IMG/VR virus record: IMGVR_UViG_3300038701_001030
Location: 1 to 42,982 of that record
DNA length: 42,982 nt
Reading direction: 5' to 3' (one strand)
Source: a virus
Shown here: positions 40,099-42,982 of the stretch, one piece after another
Layout of the letters: each line of letters starts with the position of its first letter
Numbering within the stretch: position 1 is the first letter of the stretch
Translations under genes and position numbers: made by a program
Notes under the pieces: generated by a model
Seen by the model: the letters and a program-made list of their open reading frames with translations, nothing else
Database searches by the model: none
Told to the model about the DNA's origin: nothing

Positions 40099-41565
40099 AT
40101 GACAACCGGAACGGTGGAACAGACACACAGCGAATACAACGACCGCGCCGACGAGTGGGCGATGGTTCGCGATTGTATCGAGGGCGAGAAAGTCGTCAAG
40201 GCCGCTGGTACTAAATACTTACCGAAACTAGCCGGACAAAACGACGCAGAATATCGGGCGTATAAATTACGCGCTATGTTCTTCAATGCGACAGGGCGAA
40301 CGCTCGAAGGCTTAACCGGAATGCTATTCCGTAAGCCGCCACGAGTTGAGGCACCCGAAGCACTGAAAGACCAATTCAACGACTTAACGCTTGACGGCCT
40401 GACATTAATCGGGTTGTGCGAGTACGTCGCTGACGAAGTACTTGCAGTAAATAGAGTTGGACTACTAGTTGACCACCCGCAGACGGACGGCACACCGCGC
40501 ACGCTGGTGGAAGCTGAACGTGAAGGCCTGCGCCCGTACATATGCCCATATAACGCCGAGTCGATTTTAAATTGGCGGTATGAACGCGTTAATAACCGAA
40601 TGGCGCTGACGTTCGTTGCACTTCGCGAGATAGGTCAAGAAACGGTAGAAGTCGAGCAAGGCGAATTTAAAACCGAAAACGTCAAACGCGTGCGCATTCT
40701 CCGACTGGTAAACCGTGTTTATACGCAGGAAGTTTGGAAGCAAGACGAGAAAGGCTGGGCGCTAGAAGTAGACCCCTTCACGCCGAAAATGAACGGCAAA
40801 ACGTTCGACTATATCCCGTTTATTTTTATCAACGACAAAGACCAGACGCCGAACGTACGCAAACCGTTATTGCTTAGCTTGGCGCAGGTGAATGTATCGG
40901 ATTACCGTTCCAGTGCGGACTTAGAACACGGCCGCCACTTCGTCGGACTACCGCAGCCGGTTATATCAGGCATGGAATCGGAAGACGGCAACAAGTTACA
41001 CATTGGCGGGAGCCATGCGTGGTTCTTACCTGACCCCGACGCCAAGGCCTACTACATGGAGTTTGTCGGCCAAGGTCTCCAAAATTTAGAGAACGCGCGC
41101 AAAGAGAAAAAAGAAGAAATGGCATCACTCGGCGCGCGAATGCTAGCACCGGCAAAACGCGCAGCAGAGACGACCGAGACAACCCAAATACACCATATGG
41201 CTGAGGTTAGCGTTTTAGCTAGCGCCGCCGGCAGTATGTCGGCCGGTATCACTAAGGCGGTTAGTATTCTCGCTCAGTGGGCATGGTCTACGGATGACGT
41301 AGCGGTCGAATTAAGCCGCGATTACTTCCCTACGCCAATGTCACCACAGGCGCTACAGGCCTTAGTTGCAGCATGGCAAGGCGGAGCGATTGCCTTTACT
41401 GACATGGTTAAGAATTTACAAAAAGGCGAGATAGTCGCAGAAGATCGGAACATCGACGAGATGCGCGAAGAGATCGACAGCGAAGCACCGGCGCAGGTTG
41501 TAGACCCAGAAGACGAACCGGACGACAACGACGAGCCGGAAGGCACGCCGAATGCTGGAAGCTAA
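40099..41565 (+). CDS. Portal protein
   Basis: 488 aa directly after terL, with an acidic C-terminal tail (DPEDEPDDNDEPEG). Confidence 0.8.
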   Translation: MTTGTVEQTHSEYNDRADEWAMVRDCIEGEKVVKAAGTKYLPKLAGQNDAEYRAYKLRAMFFNATGRTLEGLTGMLFRKPPRVEAPEALKDQFNDLTLDGLTLIGLCEYVADEVLAVNRVGLLVDHPQTDGTPRTLVEAEREGLRPYICPYNAESILNWRYERVNNRMALTFVALREIGQETVEVEQGEFKTENVKRVRILRLVNRVYTQEVWKQDEKGWALEVDPFTPKMNGKTFDYIPFIFINDKDQTPNVRKPLLLSLAQVNVSDYRSSADLEHGRHFVGLPQPVISGMESEDGNKLHIGGSHAWFLPDPDAKAYYMEFVGQGLQNLENARKEKKEEMASLGARMLAPAKRAAETTETTQIHHMAEVSVLASAAGSMSAGITKAVSILAQWAWSTDDVAVELSRDYFPTPMSPQALQALVAAWQGGAIAFTDMVKNLQKGEIVAEDRNIDEMREEIDSEAPAQVVDPEDEPDDNDEPEGTPNAGS

Positions 41566-42622
41566 CGAGCACTTACTTAATTCGACGGTCAGGCACGCGA
41601 TACTTGTCGAACGTTTCAAAGAAGGCGAAACGCGTCGCATACTCGCGTTACTAAATAAAGTTGACCGCGACATACTGCGCCAGCTACGCAAACGCGGCAT
41701 TGATAGAAAAGACACGGTACGTAGTAAGAAAATACGCGCGCTAATTTCTGAGCTCCGGCGGATTAACTCGCAGCTATACGGGTGGTATCAGACCGAGCAA
41801 GGCAAAGACGGCGTTTTCACGCGCAGCTTAAAACGTTTTGCAGATAGTGAGGCCGAGTTCGCCATACTGCAACTAACTAACGCCTCGCCGGTTGACTTGG
41901 GTCTGGTTTTTCCAAGTGCTGAAACGATACGCGCAGCGGTAACACAGAAACCGTTGACGGGTCGGCTACTTAAAGAGTGGGTGCGCGATCTGGAACGTTC
42001 GAAAATTCGACGGATCGAAGACCAAATTAACATTGGTATTGTCGAAGGCGAAAGCACCGACGAAATTGTAAGACGCATTAAGGGCACACGAGCTGCAAGG
42101 TATAAGGACGGCATACTGGAAGTAGACCGCCGCCATGTTACTTCCATTGTCAGAACAGCAGTCAACCACGTTAGCAACCACGCGCGCGGTGAAGTGTTCA
42201 AACGCAACGCGGACGTTATTAGTCAACTGCAATGGGTTTCTACACTGGACGCGAGAACCACGCCCATCTGTCAAAGTCGTGACGGTAAAACGTGGGACTT
42301 AGACGAAGCACCGAGGCCGCCGGCGCATATCGGTTGTCGGTCTACTATCGTTCCTGTAACTAAATCTTGGCGTGATATGGGTATCGACCGCGACGACATG
42401 ACCCCGCCGCAACGTGCCGCGCTTAACGGCGCAGTACCGGCGAACCAGAATTACCCCGTATGGCTACGGAAGCAAGGGCGCCCATTTATTGAGGACGTGC
42501 TCGGTAAGAAAAAAGCAGAATTATTTATTACTAGAAGGCTAACCCTCGATAAGTTCGTCAATGATCGGGGCACGGCTTACACACTCGACCAACTTCGCGC
42601 GAAGTATCCGAGCGCGTTTTAA
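41552..42622 (+). CDS. Head morphogenesis protein (Mu gpF / SPP1 gp7-like)
   Basis: 356 aa following the portal gene. The PPAHIGCRSTIVPV motif is typical of Mu-F-like minor head proteins. Confidence 0.7.
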   Translation: MLEANEHLLNSTVRHAILVERFKEGETRRILALLNKVDRDILRQLRKRGIDRKDTVRSKKIRALISELRRINSQLYGWYQTEQGKDGVFTRSLKRFADSEAEFAILQLTNASPVDLGLVFPSAETIRAAVTQKPLTGRLLKEWVRDLERSKIRRIEDQINIGIVEGESTDEIVRRIKGTRAARYKDGILEVDRRHVTSIVRTAVNHVSNHARGEVFKRNADVISQLQWVSTLDARTTPICQSRDGKTWDLDEAPRPPAHIGCRSTIVPVTKSWRDMGIDRDDMTPPQRAALNGAVPANQNYPVWLRKQGRPFIEDVLGKKKAELFITRRLTLDKFVNDRGTAYTLDQLRAKYPSAF

Positions 42623-42641
42623 CTAACTAAAAGGTGAAAAC

Positions 42642-42815
42642 ATGAAAGGCAGCGCGGCATACGTGGAATGCTTCAACATGATCAAAGCAGAGAAAATGCC
42701 CGACAATGTCGAGCAGATTTTTATAGACAAGGCCGACGAGTTCGAAGCGGGCGAGAGCCTAGAGGACTTAATCGACGCAGCACGAAAACGCCTTAAACGT
42801 GAAGGCAGACTTTAA
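42642..42815 (+). CDS. Small acidic hypothetical protein (57 aa, below the ORF-track cutoff)
   Basis: Hand-translated as MKGSAAYVECFNMIKAEKMPDNVEQIFIDKADEFEAGESLEDLIDAARKRLKREGRL. It has a GGTGA RBS and fills the gap between the Mu-F-like and scaffold genes. Confidence 0.5.
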   Translation: MKGSAAYVECFNMIKAEKMPDNVEQIFIDKADEFEAGESLEDLIDAARKRLKREGRL

Positions 42816-42855
42816 ACACTAACTAACGGCTAAGCCGACCCAAGGGGTAAAACAC

Positions 42856-42982
42856 CATGCCAATGATCGACACGGATTCAGCAGAATTCAAAGAAAAATA
42901 TATTTCAATCGACGACGCAAAAGCAGCAACAGAAAGCGAAGTCGAAGGACTGAAAAACAAGAATAAAGAACTACTCGGGAAG
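42856..42982. repeat. Terminal direct repeat copy 2 (identical to 1..127)
   Basis: This copy holds a duplicate of the scaffold-gene start (ATG at 42857). See copy 1. Confidence 0.95.

Overview
This window is a complete temperate siphovirus-type dsDNA phage (or excised prophage). The first 127 nt recur verbatim as the last 127 nt, so the contig closes into a 42,855-bp circle. Gene order around the circle on the + strand: small and large terminase, portal, Mu-F-like head morphogenesis protein, scaffold, major capsid, neck proteins, tail tube, a chaperone pair with an A_AAA_AAG -1 frameshift, tape measure, tail-tip proteins and two tandem 189-aa paralogs. Next come a convergent secreted-protein moron, an AT-rich candidate attP, and tyrosine integrase plus excisionase. 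A long minus-strand early operon follows: C5-methyltransferase-like protein, zinc-finger protein, Lar-like protein, SNF2 helicase, VRR-NUC nuclease, family-A DNA polymerase, DnaQ-like exonuclease, DUF2815-type SSB and DUF2800-type PD-(D/E)XK nuclease. The immunity region has a lipoprotein, an XRE repressor and a small ORF on the minus strand, divergent from a Cro-like gene on the plus strand, with GCACCCAT operators between them. Rightward genes are a primase/helicase-like protein, an iteron-rich candidate origin, a Q-type antiterminator, a higBA toxin-antitoxin moron, a late promoter with two tandem terminators, a lysis cassette (M15 peptidase, YiiX-like papain-fold enzyme, single-TMD protein) and a large receptor-binding module. 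The most unusual items are listed here. (1) A tRNA-shaped gene whose anticodon loop cannot be drawn canonically. (2) A compact C5-MTase-like protein lacking the SAM-binding glycines. (3) The Q / late promoter / double terminator switch, with higBA inserted upstream of it. (4) The iteron/AT-rich origin candidate. (5) A lysis cassette with no recognisable spanin but a second hydrolase fold. All functional names come from motif recognition by eye and from synteny. No database search was run.
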